A stretch of DNA of 64,000 nt, from positions 1-64,000 of IMG/VR virus record IMGVR_UViG_3300032242_001941; one strand, written 5' to 3'. Each line of letters opens with the position of its first letter. Positions within the stretch are counted from its first letter, which is position 1. A program made the position numbers and the translations under genes. Below the pieces are notes generated by a model, which did not search any database, was not told the origin of the DNA, and saw only the letters and a program-made list of their open reading frames with translations. Shown here one piece after another: positions 1 through 9,955 of the stretch. The DNA is from a virus.

Positions 1-1
1 A

Positions 2-658
2 ATCAATCAACAGTGTCCGCAGTTCACAGCCAACGGCACACCGCAATATGCGGCACAACCTGGCGATCAAGAGATTTGCCACATGAACTATGCAGTGATC
101 CATCGTTGTAGTGTCAAGGCTCCTGTGGCAGTATTTGAACACTTGACAGTGGCCGCAATGACAGGTCCTGCAAAACGTAAAGACAACTTCCACCCAGACG
201 CATCAGTTACACCTAACTGTAGTGCTAGTCTAGCTGACTATGCTGTAGTTGGTAAAACACACGATCGCGGACATATGGCTCCAGCCGGTAACAACACACA
301 AAATGATGCTATCATGACGGAGAGTTTTAACTTGTCAAACATGGTTCCACAAGTGGCCAACAACAATCGTGGTATCTGGAAGCAGTTGGAAACATTTGAA
401 CGTCAATGGGCCATGGCCCCAGGAACAGATTTCTACATCATCTCTGGTGGTATTTACGATCCGGGTCACCCTGTTGTTGGCAACGGTCTAGGTATTCCGA
501 CACGCTTGTACAAGATTGTTATTGAAAAGAACAGCCGTAAAGTAGAAGCCTGGTTAATGCCCAATGCTCCACTACCGGTAGCTGATTTGCCTAAATATCA
601 AGTGCCTGTGGCCGCTGTAGAGCAAGCTACCGGCATGCGATTTAATTTAGGCCAGTGA
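2..658 (+). CDS. DNA/RNA non-specific endonuclease (NucA/EndoG family), 5'-truncated by the window
   Basis: DRGHMAP catalytic motif, SF.LSNMVPQ...NRGIWKQLE, IPTRLYK. The frame stays open upstream of 83 to the window edge (INQQCPQF...). Confidence 0.9.
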   Translation: MNQQCPQFTANGTPQYAAQPGDQEICHMNYAVIHRCSVKAPVAVFEHLTVAAMTGPAKRKDNFHPDASVTPNCSASLADYAVVGKTHDRGHMAPAGNNTQNDAIMTESFNLSNMVPQVANNNRGIWKQLETFERQWAMAPGTDFYIISGGIYDPGHPVVGNGLGIPTRLYKIVIEKNSRKVEAWLMPNAPLPVADLPKYQVPVAAVEQATGMRFNLGQ

Positions 659-680
659 CCTGTCCGCTCATAATTACAGT

Positions 681-1814
681 ATGAGCAATTTCTATTGTGC
701 AGCTCCTTGGCGGGGGCTGCATATTAATCCACGTGGTGACATAAAAACTTGTTGTGCCGGCAATCCTAACATGCTGGGCAATCTCAATGACCAAAATATT
801 GAAGAAGTATTACAAGGTGAAAAACTACAGGAAATTCGTAGATCATTGCGCCAAGGCGTAGCCCATGAATATTGTAGTAATTGTGTGAACGCAGAAAAGT
901 TTGGCAATAGCGAGCGAGAATGGCATAACAATATTAATCATGATTTTGACTCTACACAGGCCAGCGATACTGAACACATTCCAACTTTGATTGATGTCAG
1001 ATGGAACACTACCTGTAACCTTAGTTGTAATTATTGCGACCCATCAGCAAGTTCAAAATGGGCAGTATTAAAGAACATTCCATTTAAGTCAGGAACTCGT
1101 CCCTACTACGAACAAGTTTGCGACTACATAAATCAATATCGTCCACACATTCGTGAAGTTGCACTAGTTGGCGGCGAACCACTGTTGTTGCCGGAAAACG
1201 AACGTTTGCTTGATGTTATACCCGAAGATTGCGTAGTAACAGTTATTACCAACATGAGTGTAAATTTTGAAACAAATAAAATATTTAAAAAACTAGCCCA
1301 ACGACGTCGAGTAGGGTGGTCAATGAGCTTTGACAACATTGGTCCACAGTTTGAATATGTTCGTTATGGTGCGGATTGGACGTTACTACAACATAATTTA
1401 ACAATTCTTAAAGAATTATTTGCTCGTGGACATTGGGGCGGCATACACGCTGTCTATAATATGTATAATGCAACTTGTTTATCCAACTTGTTTGACTGGA
1501 CAAAAAGTCAACAGTTGACTGTGCATTTTCAAACATTACATTCTGTACCCTGTTTAGATCCAACAAATCATAATCAGGCTGTGCAGGACCTAGCATTAGC
1601 TGAAGTCAGCAAGGTATTAGCAAGAACAGATCTTACTGACAGCGAACGCAACTTTTTGTTGCAAGTTAAAGAAAGTTATAATCAGCCTGCTACTCAAGAC
1701 AGCAGTAAAGAATTATTAGACTTTGTTGACCTAACAGAATCTACCTATCACCAAGATACACAAGGACAGTTTGCCCGATTATGGCCTGAGATAGATGCAA
1801 TACTATGCAAATAA
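681..1814 (+). CDS. Radical SAM protein with N-terminal SPASM/Twitch-like Cys cluster
   Basis: CNLSCNYC (CxxxCxxC), GGEP, N-terminal C..PW/CC/CxxC. Confidence 0.88.
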   Translation: MSNFYCAAPWRGLHINPRGDIKTCCAGNPNMLGNLNDQNIEEVLQGEKLQEIRRSLRQGVAHEYCSNCVNAEKFGNSEREWHNNINHDFDSTQASDTEHIPTLIDVRWNTTCNLSCNYCDPSASSKWAVLKNIPFKSGTRPYYEQVCDYINQYRPHIREVALVGGEPLLLPENERLLDVIPEDCVVTVITNMSVNFETNKIFKKLAQRRRVGWSMSFDNIGPQFEYVRYGADWTLLQHNLTILKELFARGHWGGIHAVYNMYNATCLSNLFDWTKSQQLTVHFQTLHSVPCLDPTNHNQAVQDLALAEVSKVLARTDLTDSERNFLLQVKESYNQPATQDSSKELLDFVDLTESTYHQDTQGQFARLWPEIDAILCK

Positions 1815-1820
1815 CAGTAT

Positions 1821-3386
1821 ATGAGCAAAGATGAATCAACGTTAGTCAAGGCTCCATATCGTAAGCACTCCTGGACCGACCAACAACTAGAAGAATTTAT
1901 GAAATGTGCTGACCCTATAACAGGCCCACACTATTTTATGGATAATTTTTTCCACATACAGCATCCTACCAAGGGCAAAATGCTGTATCATCCGTTTGAC
2001 TATCAACAACGCCTGATTAATACTTACCACAACTATAGATACTCAATCTCAATGATGCCGCGACAAACTGGTAAGTCAACCAGTGCCGCAGGCTACCTGC
2101 TATGGGTAGCCATGTTCCACCCGGACTCAACCATTCTTATTGCCGCACACAAGTACACAGGCTCGCAAGAGATCATGCAACGTATTCGCTATGCCTATGA
2201 GTTATGCCCGGATCATATCCGTGCAGGTGTTACCAGTTACAACAAAGGTAACTTGGACTTTGAAAACGGATCACGTATAGTTTCAACCACAACAACAGAA
2301 AACACAGGACGCGGTATGAGTATATCACTCTTATACTGTGACGAGTTTGCGTTCGTTCGTCCTGGTATTGCCAAAGAGTTCTGGACCTCTATCAGCCCTA
2401 CATTAGCAACAGGTGGTAAGGCTATTATTACAAGTACACCAAACTCAGACGAAGATCAGTTTGCGTTACTCTGGAAAGGTGCCCTCAAATGTGAAGATGC
2501 TTATGGCAATCCAACAGAAGTTGGTATCAATGGATTTAAATCTTATCGTAGCTACTGGAACGAACACCCAGATCGTGATGAAAAATGGGCCAACGAACAA
2601 CGAGCACAACTAGGTGATGATCGTTTTCGTCGTGAGATGGGCTGCGAATTTATCATCAACGACGAAACACTTATTGCTCCGGCTAAACTGATCGATTTAC
2701 AAGGTCACGAACCCTTGTATAAAACTGGACAGGTACGTTGGTATCAACGTCCCAAGGCAGGCCGCACTTATGTAGTGGCCTTAGATCCTAGTCTAGGTAC
2801 CGGAGGCGACCCGGCCGCTATACAAATTTTTGAAGCCAATACCACAGAACAAATTGGCGAGTGGCGACATAATAAAACTACAATTCCTGAACAGATTAGA
2901 ATCTTAGCCGACATCTGCGCACACATTAACGAAACAGTTAACAGTCCTGAAAATATCTATTTTAGTATAGAAAACAATACCATTGGCGAAGCTGCCTTGA
3001 TCAGTATCGCCGAATGGGGCGAAGAACGCATACAGGGCTATTTTCTCAGTGATACAGCCGGTGGTGGCGGCCGCAGATATCGCAAGGGATTTAATACCAC
3101 ACCCAAGACCAAGCTAGCCGCTTGTAATAAACTAAAAACTTTGATTGAAACTGGACGAATGAAAATACGTAGTACTGGCTTGGTTTCTGAGCTCAAAACC
3201 TTTGTAGCGTCGGGTGTGAGTTATGCGGCTAAACCTGGCGAAACTGATGATTTAGTAATGAGTACAGTACTAGCAGTTAGAATGCTACAATTGCTACAAA
3301 CCTATGATAACGATATCAATAACCAGCTGAGAGATCACGGTGATGTTATTATACCGCCAATGCCCTTCATATCAGTAATGCGCTAA
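1821..3386 (+). CDS. terL: Terminase large subunit (T4 gp17-like)
   Basis: PRQTGKST Walker A, LLYCDEFAF Walker B, ITSTPN, RNase H-like ALDPS...D and DDLVMS. Confidence 0.95.
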   Translation: MSKDESTLVKAPYRKHSWTDQQLEEFMKCADPITGPHYFMDNFFHIQHPTKGKMLYHPFDYQQRLINTYHNYRYSISMMPRQTGKSTSAAGYLLWVAMFHPDSTILIAAHKYTGSQEIMQRIRYAYELCPDHIRAGVTSYNKGNLDFENGSRIVSTTTTENTGRGMSISLLYCDEFAFVRPGIAKEFWTSISPTLATGGKAIITSTPNSDEDQFALLWKGALKCEDAYGNPTEVGINGFKSYRSYWNEHPDRDEKWANEQRAQLGDDRFRREMGCEFIINDETLIAPAKLIDLQGHEPLYKTGQVRWYQRPKAGRTYVVALDPSLGTGGDPAAIQIFEANTTEQIGEWRHNKTTIPEQIRILADICAHINETVNSPENIYFSIENNTIGEAALISIAEWGEERIQGYFLSDTAGGGGRRYRKGFNTTPKTKLAACNKLKTLIETGRMKIRSTGLVSELKTFVASGVSYAAKPGETDDLVMSTVLAVRMLQLLQTYDNDINNQLRDHGDVIIPPMPFISVMR

Positions 3387-3389
3387 ATA
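3384..3389 (+). promoter_or_regulatory. Late-promoter-like TAAATA motif, 7 nt before ATG 3397
   Basis: TAAATA (core of T4 late TATAAATA) recurs just upstream of many starts: 6992, 17251, 26782, 45417, 48566, 50714, 57312, 57396, and on the - strand at 22962-22967 and 52394-52399. Confidence 0.65.
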
Positions 3390-3396
3390 CACTACT

Positions 3397-6300
3397 ATGT
3401 CACAACTTACGCCTGCCCGCAAACTATTTGATCTGCTAGTTAGTAGAGATTTTGATCCAGAAATGCTTGATGTTTCTGGCAAGCCTGCTCCAGATCCTGC
3501 CGAAGCTGAAATATTCAGTTTTGACTTTCGTGCTCAGAGTGGTAAAGATTATGGTACAGTAGTAATCATGCTCAGCAACGAAGGCGACTTAGAAGTGTAT
3601 TGTGCAGACAATGTAGGCAAAACCATGGAAGGTTCTGATAAAACAGAATGGTTTGCTTTTCTTGAGCAATTAAAGAATTTTGCTGTTAGAAATAATCGCA
3701 TGAACTTTGGTATTAAAAATCTCAACCACTTACGATACAGTATGCAAGGTCAGGCTGCAATCAAAGAAGGCCTGTTTGAATCATGGTCTGGCAAAAAAGA
3801 TGTAAGTTATAATGCTGGAGCAACTGAATCACGCCTAATGATCAAACACAAACGTAGTCTTGGTGAGGATGAAGCACGTTTCCGTTATGTAGAAAGTTTG
3901 TTTATTGAAACTGCCGAAGGTGAACGCTACAAGTTACCATTTAAAAATTTAACCGCTGGCAAGGCCATGCTGGAGCATGTACGCAATGGTGGCCGTCCCT
4001 ATGACCCACGTGGGCAACACATTGCAGAAATGGTCACGGAATTAACAGTACTATCAAGATTCCGTCGTGCCAATAACGGTAAGTTGTTAGAAGGCGACAC
4101 AGCACAATTGGTAGAGCAAACCAATGCCTACTATGAAACGTTACAGCACAATCTTAAAAGCCTAACCAGCCCGCGTGGATACGCAGCGTATTTTGAATCT
4201 TGGGCGCCAGCTGATATCACAGAAGAATCAGTTGTAATCGAAGGACTCAAACATTTATTTGTGACACAAAGCATTGATCAACGTATTGAAGATGCACTAC
4301 CGTTGATAGCAAGAATACAACAACAAGGAACAGCAATGAAAGAAGCCAACATATTTGAAACCTGGGCAGACCGCCTGGTAGAAGGAACATGGCAAACACC
4401 AGACACACCAGAAAAACAAGCAGAATTACTTGAGTTAATGAGTACCGACTTGCCTGTTGGTGCTGATGCTACCAATGCCACAGAACAATTATACAATTTG
4501 TTAGGAGATGATCATTTATTTGATCAATTGCAAGAATTAGCCGAGCGCGATGCTAATGCAGATGCACGGCAAGTTATACTTGATCGTATGCAAGAGTTAA
4601 GCAATGATCCAGATGTACGTCGAGTCATTGAACAATTAAACATTGATGCTACTGCTGAAATGAATCCTCCTGAGGCAACTAACCCTGCAGATTTGGAACC
4701 ACAAGACCCGGTTCAAGAAGGTGAACTGGACGATGGTGATTCAATAGGTGGTGACAAGGCAGATGCGTTAATTCGTGATGTTTCAGTGCCACAAAGAGAT
4801 TTAGCCGAAGATTCATTACAATCAATCCGACGTGCTGCCGGACTACTTACAGAAGAAGAAATAAAAGAAAATGTTTTAACTGATGACACAGGTTCAACTT
4901 TCCAACACATACTTGATACATTCAAGCGTGATGTTAAAGATTTTAAAGAAACAGGCGAAGTAAGTAAACATCTACACAATGCTTTATATGATTATTACCG
5001 CGATGATATGCCATACGGAACACATAAAGCTGATGATGGCGACCCACACGAATGGGTAGCAGATCGTTTTGGTAGTGATTTAGGATTGCCTGGCTACGGT
5101 AGTAACAGCCCAGGTGTTCCAGATGAAGACTACGGCATCGAACGTGAAAGCGTTATGCACGGCGACTATGCTGAAGAAAAGAGTAGAATGCGCGAACTAG
5201 CAGGCTTGCCACAAGAAACAGACGAAGGCATCCTCGGTACCGTGGGTGGTGCAATGGGCGGCGGTATGCTTGGAACATTAGCAGGTGGTGCGTTAGGTGG
5301 TGCATTAGGTGGCCCAGCTGGCGCCGCCCTAGGTGCTACTGCTGGCGGAGAAATTGGAAGAGCCGCAGGTGCAGTAGGCGGACAAGAATTAACCAAGGGC
5401 GGTTCTGGTATCATTGAAGATGATAAAAAGGATAAAGACAGCTCAGTGGGTCCAGCGTTAGCTGGTGCTGCACTAGGCGGCGCCGCAGGATATACAGCCG
5501 CAGGTGGCGATGTAATTGGTGATATTGGCAAATTATTCAAAGACACCAACGTGCCCAAACCTACTCCTGCTGAAATAGCCAGCGGAACAAATCCAATGGG
5601 CGATATTGCCGGTTCAGTATTTGAAAAAGATGAAACTGATGAAGGTATTGTAGATACACTCAAAGGCCTGGCTGGAATAAAAAGCACTCCTAAAGAGCCA
5701 GGCGGAATTTTTGCCAACAAAAATCCAACTGTTGGTAGCCAATCTATGCCTGCAATGAGCACAGCTGATCTCTCTAAAACTTTAGACACATCTGTTTCTA
5801 AAACAATGCCAGGCTTTTCTAATTCAATGATTGAAGACGAAATGGACGAAGATGAATTAGGCACAGCTATTGGCGCAGGTCTTGGTGGGGCTGTAGGAGG
5901 TATTCCTGGTGCCGCACTTGGTGGCATTGCTGGACACTACTTAACTAAAGACAAACCAAAAACACCGCCACTTAATGTTAAACCTTCGAGCGGACCATAT
6001 AAACCAAATAGCCAGGAAACTGACGAAGGCTGGAAAGGTCAACTTGCTGGTGGACTAGCTGGCACTGTTGGCGGCGGAATGGCCGGAGCCGCCCTGGGTG
6101 GCCCAATTGGCGCAATGATTGGATCAGCTGCTGGTGGCGGCGCCGGTGGCCTACTTGGTGATAAATTAGGCGGCCCAGAAGAAAATGAAAAAGAAGAAAC
6201 TGACGAAGGTGAACTAGGCACAGCTATTGGCGCAGGCCTTGGCGGAACAGTTGGTGGACTTCCTGGAGCTGCACTAGGTGGCATTGCCGGACACTATCTA

Positions 6301-6564
6301 AGTAAAGACGATGACAAAAAACAAACCAAAGAAGGTGTCCGTGGTGCACTAGCCGGTGGCGCATTGGGCGGAGTTGCTACTCGTTCTGTCAAAGGTGCTG
6401 TAGCTGGTGCTAAGTTAGGCAGTGCTATTCAAGATCGTTTTGCCAAGAAAGATGACTCTAGTCTATTGGCAGGTCAATATGGACACAGTGGCAAAATGCA
6501 AGAAGTTGGTAAAGACACTAGCTTCTTAGATCGTCTCAAAGAACTTTCTGGATTGAAGAAGTAA
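3397..6564 (+). CDS. Large probable virion protein with C-terminal array of glycine-zipper modules separated by acidic ETDEG-like motifs
   Basis: 1055 aa directly after terL, TAAATA upstream, repeated GxxxG segments. Confidence 0.7.
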   Translation: MSQLTPARKLFDLLVSRDFDPEMLDVSGKPAPDPAEAEIFSFDFRAQSGKDYGTVVIMLSNEGDLEVYCADNVGKTMEGSDKTEWFAFLEQLKNFAVRNNRMNFGIKNLNHLRYSMQGQAAIKEGLFESWSGKKDVSYNAGATESRLMIKHKRSLGEDEARFRYVESLFIETAEGERYKLPFKNLTAGKAMLEHVRNGGRPYDPRGQHIAEMVTELTVLSRFRRANNGKLLEGDTAQLVEQTNAYYETLQHNLKSLTSPRGYAAYFESWAPADITEESVVIEGLKHLFVTQSIDQRIEDALPLIARIQQQGTAMKEANIFETWADRLVEGTWQTPDTPEKQAELLELMSTDLPVGADATNATEQLYNLLGDDHLFDQLQELAERDANADARQVILDRMQELSNDPDVRRVIEQLNIDATAEMNPPEATNPADLEPQDPVQEGELDDGDSIGGDKADALIRDVSVPQRDLAEDSLQSIRRAAGLLTEEEIKENVLTDDTGSTFQHILDTFKRDVKDFKETGEVSKHLHNALYDYYRDDMPYGTHKADDGDPHEWVADRFGSDLGLPGYGSNSPGVPDEDYGIERESVMHGDYAEEKSRMRELAGLPQETDEGILGTVGGAMGGGMLGTLAGGALGGALGGPAGAALGATAGGEIGRAAGAVGGQELTKGGSGIIEDDKKDKDSSVGPALAGAALGGAAGYTAAGGDVIGDIGKLFKDTNVPKPTPAEIASGTNPMGDIAGSVFEKDETDEGIVDTLKGLAGIKSTPKEPGGIFANKNPTVGSQSMPAMSTADLSKTLDTSVSKTMPGFSNSMIEDEMDEDELGTAIGAGLGGAVGGIPGAALGGIAGHYLTKDKPKTPPLNVKPSSGPYKPNSQETDEGWKGQLAGGLAGTVGGGMAGAALGGPIGAMIGSAAGGGAGGLLGDKLGGPEENEKEETDEGELGTAIGAGLGGTVGGLPGAALGGIAGHYLSKDDDKKQTKEGVRGALAGGALGGVATRSVKGAVAGAKLGSAIQDRFAKKDDSSLLAGQYGHSGKMQEVGKDTSFLDRLKELSGLKK
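5854..6309 (+). repeat. Intragenic ~99-bp duplication (5854-5952 and 6211-6309)
   Basis: ELGTAIGAGLGGAVGGIPGAALGGIAGHYLTKD vs ELGTAIGAGLGGTVGGLPGAALGGIAGHYLSKD. Confidence 0.9.
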
Positions 6565-6565
6565 A

Positions 6566-6958
6566 ATGAAAACTCTGCGTGAATACATCGATTTGATTGA
6601 TGGCAAGGTCAGCAAAAGCTCACTAAGCGAAGTCGACATTGGCCCAAGCCCAAATTCAACATCGGGTATAGTAAACTCTATAATGAAACTGTTTGCGCCT
6701 GGGGCAACACAATCGCCATTTGGTGACAATCCTAAAAAGTTAGTTGCTGAGATTGATAACGAAGATAACCCTAAATCAAAATCTTTGGTAGATTTTACTG
6801 ATTCAGACAAGTATGATAATTTTGTAGCACCCGACGAGGACGAAGCAGAAGATTACAAAGCAGGCATCAAAGGACACAAAAAGATCAAAGACTCTGATGT
6901 GTATGGTCGTAATGGACCTAGTGATGCTGCTGTGGGTGGGTTAGTTGGACCAAATTGA
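6566..6958 (+). CDS. Hypothetical protein, possibly head-internal
   Basis: 130-aa ORF; N-terminal MKTLREYIDLI resembles T4-like capsid-targeting leaders. Confidence 0.6.
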   Translation: MKTLREYIDLIDGKVSKSSLSEVDIGPSPNSTSGIVNSIMKLFAPGATQSPFGDNPKKLVAEIDNEDNPKSKSLVDFTDSDKYDNFVAPDEDEAEDYKAGIKGHKKIKDSDVYGRNGPSDAAVGGLVGPN

Positions 6959-7001
6959 TAAAGTAATTCTACAATTAGAACAACCGCGTCATAAATAGTA
7001 C

Positions 7002-7030
7002 TTGACGCTAAGGAATTAAGCGTGTACACT
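7002..7030 (+). promoter_or_regulatory. sigma70-like promoter for gp32
   Basis: TTGACG-17 nt-TACACT; overlapped by hairpin 7018-7048 followed by a T tract. Confidence 0.6.
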
Positions 7031-7064
7031 ACACAAGTGAATACGCTTTTTTCTTTTGTATCAC

Positions 7065-7122
7065 AGGCAACCAGAATCTAAAATTTAGATAGGCAACAAC
7101 CATAAACAATTCGAAAGGCAAC
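7065..7122 (+). repeat. Three AGGCAAC repeats in the gp32 leader
   Basis: AGGCAAC at 7065, 7091 and 7116; ATG at 7128. Confidence 0.8.
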
Positions 7123-7127
7123 TTATT

Positions 7128-8111
7128 ATGGCATCTTTAGCAGAAATCCGTGCGAGACTCGCACAATCAGAAGGCAACAACAAAGGCGGCAACTCCACAG
7201 GTGGCGATAATGCAATTTATCCACACTGGAATATGGAGGAAGGCGCTTCCGCAACACTTAGATTCCTCCCAGACGGTAACTCAAAGAACACATTCTTTTG
7301 GCAAGAACGTGCTATGATCCGTTTACCATTTAATGGTATCAAAGGCGAGATGGAATCAAAACAAGTATATGTACAGGTACCTTGTGTAGAAATGTGGGGC
7401 GAAACTTGTCCAGTTCTTACAGAAGTTCGTACTTGGTTCAAAGACAAGGCATTAGAAGAAATGGGTCGTAAGTATTGGAAAAAACGCAGTTACATTTTCC
7501 AAGGCTTTGTTCGCGAAAATCCACTCGGCGATGACAAGACTCCAGAAAATCCAATCCGTCGCTTTATCATTGGCCCTCAGATCTTTACCACCATCAAAGG
7601 TGCGTTAATGGATCCAGAGTTGGAAGAATTGCCAACCGACTACTTGCGTGGCTTGGACTTCCGTATCAGCAAAGGTTCCAAAGGTGGCTTTGCTGACTAC
7701 AATGGCTCTAAGTGGGCTCGTAAAGAAACAGCACTCACAGAAGCTGAACAAGCAGCTGTTGAACAGTATGGCTTGTTTGACTTGAGTACATTTATGCCTA
7801 AGAAACCAGGCGAAGTAGAACTCAAAGTTATCAAAGAAATGTTTGAAGCTAGTGTTGATGGTCAGAGTTATGACACAGAACGTTGGGGTCAGTATTTCCG
7901 CCCAGCAGGTGTTACGGCTCCTGCAGGTTCAAGTGCTCCTGCCGCAGACGAAAGTGCTCCGGCACCAGTAGCTAAAGCCGAGCCAGCGCCTGCTGTAAGT
8001 GACTTCGATGATGAAGAGCCAGCAGTAGCGGCAGCACCAGTTGAAGCCAAACCTTCTACACAAAAAGCAGAAGATATTTTGGCAATGATTCGTGCCCGTC
8101 AAAAGGCGTAA
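7128..8111 (+). CDS. Single-stranded DNA-binding protein (T4 gp32-like)
   Basis: MASLAEIRARL, LRFLPDGN, C.EMWGETCPV, YWKKRSY, acidic/Ala-rich C-terminal tail; upstream of UvsX. Confidence 0.9.
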   Translation: MASLAEIRARLAQSEGNNKGGNSTGGDNAIYPHWNMEEGASATLRFLPDGNSKNTFFWQERAMIRLPFNGIKGEMESKQVYVQVPCVEMWGETCPVLTEVRTWFKDKALEEMGRKYWKKRSYIFQGFVRENPLGDDKTPENPIRRFIIGPQIFTTIKGALMDPELEELPTDYLRGLDFRISKGSKGGFADYNGSKWARKETALTEAEQAAVEQYGLFDLSTFMPKKPGEVELKVIKEMFEASVDGQSYDTERWGQYFRPAGVTAPAGSSAPAADESAPAPVAKAEPAPAVSDFDDEEPAVAAAPVEAKPSTQKAEDILAMIRARQKA

Positions 8112-8128
8112 GCATTTAATCTAAATGG

Positions 8129-8154
8129 TAGCACAAGGGGCAACCCTTGTGTTA
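8129..8154 (+). terminator. GCAA-tetraloop hairpin after gp32 (weak terminator or stabiliser)
   Basis: TAGCACAAGGG-GCAA-CCCTTGTGTTA; poor U-tract. Confidence 0.55.
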
Positions 8155-8184
8155 TTATCATCTTATAAACTATAGAGGCAAAAC

Positions 8185-9252
8185 ATGGGTAAACCATTTG
8201 ACATTAGCAAGTTCCGCAAGGACATCACTAAGAGCATTGACGGTCTTAGTATCGGATTTAACGATCCAACAGATTGGATCAGCACAGGTAACTTTGCCTT
8301 GAACTATCTTATTTCGGGCGACTTTAACAAAGGCATTCCACTTGGCAAGGTAACTGTATTTGCAGGTGAATCTGGAGCAGGTAAGAGTTATATCTGTAGT
8401 GGTAACATTGTAAAACACGCACAAGAGCAAGGAATCTTTGTTATCCTGGTTGACAGTGAGAATGCACTCGATGAAAAGTGGTTACACGCACTAGGCGTAG
8501 ATACCAGTGATAGCAAGTTACTTAAACTTAACATGGCCATGATTGATGACGTTGCTAAAACAATCTCAACATTCATGACTGACTACAAGGCATTACCAGA
8601 TGGCGAGCGTATGAAAGTGTTATTTGTCATTGACTCATTGGGTATGTTGCTAACTCCTACTGATATGAATCAATTCGAAGCAGGCGATTTAAAAGGCGAC
8701 ATGGGTCGTAAACCCAAGGCACTTACAGCACTGGTTCGTAACTGTGTCAACATGTTTGGTAGTTACAACGTAGGCATGGTTTGTACTAATCATACGTATG
8801 CTAGTCAAGACATGTTTGATCCGGACGACAAGATCTCCGGCGGTCAAGGCTTTATCTATGCTTCGAGTATTGTTGTTGCTATGAAGAAAATGAAGCTCAA
8901 AGAAGATGAAGATGGCAACAAGGTAACCGAAGTAAACGGTATCCGTGCAGGTTGTAAGATCATGAAAACACGCTATGCCAAACCCTTTGAAGGCGTACAA
9001 GTTAAGATTCCGTATGCAACAGGTATGAGCCCGTATTCAGGTATGGTAGACTTGGCAGAGAAAAAAGGCCTGCTTAAGAAAGAAGGCAATAGTCTGGTTT
9101 ACACTACATTGGACGGCGAAATTATCAAACAATTCCGTAAAAAATGGGAAGCCAACGATGATGGTTGTCTAGACACAATTATTGCCGAGTTTGGTAAACA
9201 GCCAATTGAGTCAGCAGAACTAAGTACTGAAGACGAAGCCACGGAGGAATAA
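8185..9252 (+). CDS. uvsX: RecA-like recombinase UvsX
   Basis: GESGAGKS Walker A, VDSENALD, VIDSLG, NHTY, SGGQG. Confidence 0.93.
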   Translation: MGKPFDISKFRKDITKSIDGLSIGFNDPTDWISTGNFALNYLISGDFNKGIPLGKVTVFAGESGAGKSYICSGNIVKHAQEQGIFVILVDSENALDEKWLHALGVDTSDSKLLKLNMAMIDDVAKTISTFMTDYKALPDGERMKVLFVIDSLGMLLTPTDMNQFEAGDLKGDMGRKPKALTALVRNCVNMFGSYNVGMVCTNHTYASQDMFDPDDKISGGQGFIYASSIVVAMKKMKLKEDEDGNKVTEVNGIRAGCKIMKTRYAKPFEGVQVKIPYATGMSPYSGMVDLAEKKGLLKKEGNSLVYTTLDGEIIKQFRKKWEANDDGCLDTIIAEFGKQPIESAELSTEDEATEE

Positions 9253-9254
9253 GA

Positions 9255-9503
9255 ATGTCAGTAGAATTAAGTAAAGAGATTTGGGACGAACTCAAGCGTT
9301 ATGTTAATCCACAAGACCGCGACGAAGCTGCAGAAACATTGGTATCAGTTCTTATTGATAACGATTGTGATGCCGCCGACATCAAGAGTGTATTTAAAAC
9401 CGACTCGGGCGTTAAATCAGCACTAGCAAGTTATCTTAAAGATCATGCAGATGAAGAAGAGGATGACGAAGAGTATGATGATGACGAGGATGACGACTAT
9501 TAA
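9255..9503 (+). CDS. Hypothetical protein with acidic tail
   Basis: 82-aa ORF coupled between uvsX and uvsY. Confidence 0.75.
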   Translation: MSVELSKEIWDELKRYVNPQDRDEAAETLVSVLIDNDCDAADIKSVFKTDSGVKSALASYLKDHADEEEDDEEYDDDEDDDY

Positions 9504-9955
9504 TGTGGTATAGTAAAGTTGCGTCAGATCTAGGAGCAATACCTGACTTTATTGCTTATTACGAGCGTGAGCTCGAAGATGCTAAACGCGATGTCAAAGT
9601 TGGTGGTCTTATTGAGAAAAATATCAAAGAGCTTCCAGGGATCACCGAACACAGATTTAATCAACTGCAAGAAATTGAAGCAATTTTAAATCATCTTAAT
9701 ATACAGTTACGCAAAATACGTCGACGACACTTTCAGAAGTATTTAGAAGGGTATGCTCGTGCCCTAACTAGCCGTGATGCTGAAAAGTATGTTGATGGTG
9801 AGGACGAAGTCATTGACTTTGAAACAATTATTAATGAAGTAGCATTACTACGTAATCGCTGGTTGGGCATTATGAAAGGGCTGGATAGCAAAAGTTGGAT
9901 GTCGGGACATATTGTTCGCTTACGCACAGCCGGAATGGAAGATATACAAGTATGA
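9503..9955 (+). CDS. uvsY: Recombination mediator UvsY-like
   Basis: Helical 150 aa with DAEKYVDGEDEV, adjacent to uvsX. Confidence 0.75.
   Translation: MWYSKVASDLGAIPDFIAYYERELEDAKRDVKVGGLIEKNIKELPGITEHRFNQLQEIEAILNHLNIQLRKIRRRHFQKYLEGYARALTSRDAEKYVDGEDEVIDFETIINEVALLRNRWLGIMKGLDSKSWMSGHIVRLRTAGMEDIQV

Noticed and set aside
5166-6284. Long antisense Pro/Ala-rich ORFs (253 aa and 81 aa)
   Set aside because: Mirror of Gly/Ala codons on the sense strand; no SD or promoter
3397-6564. Glycine-zipper modules as RiPP precursors for the radical-SAM enzymes
   Set aside because: No linked peptidase/transporter or leader motif, and the enzymes are scattered insertions; unsupported
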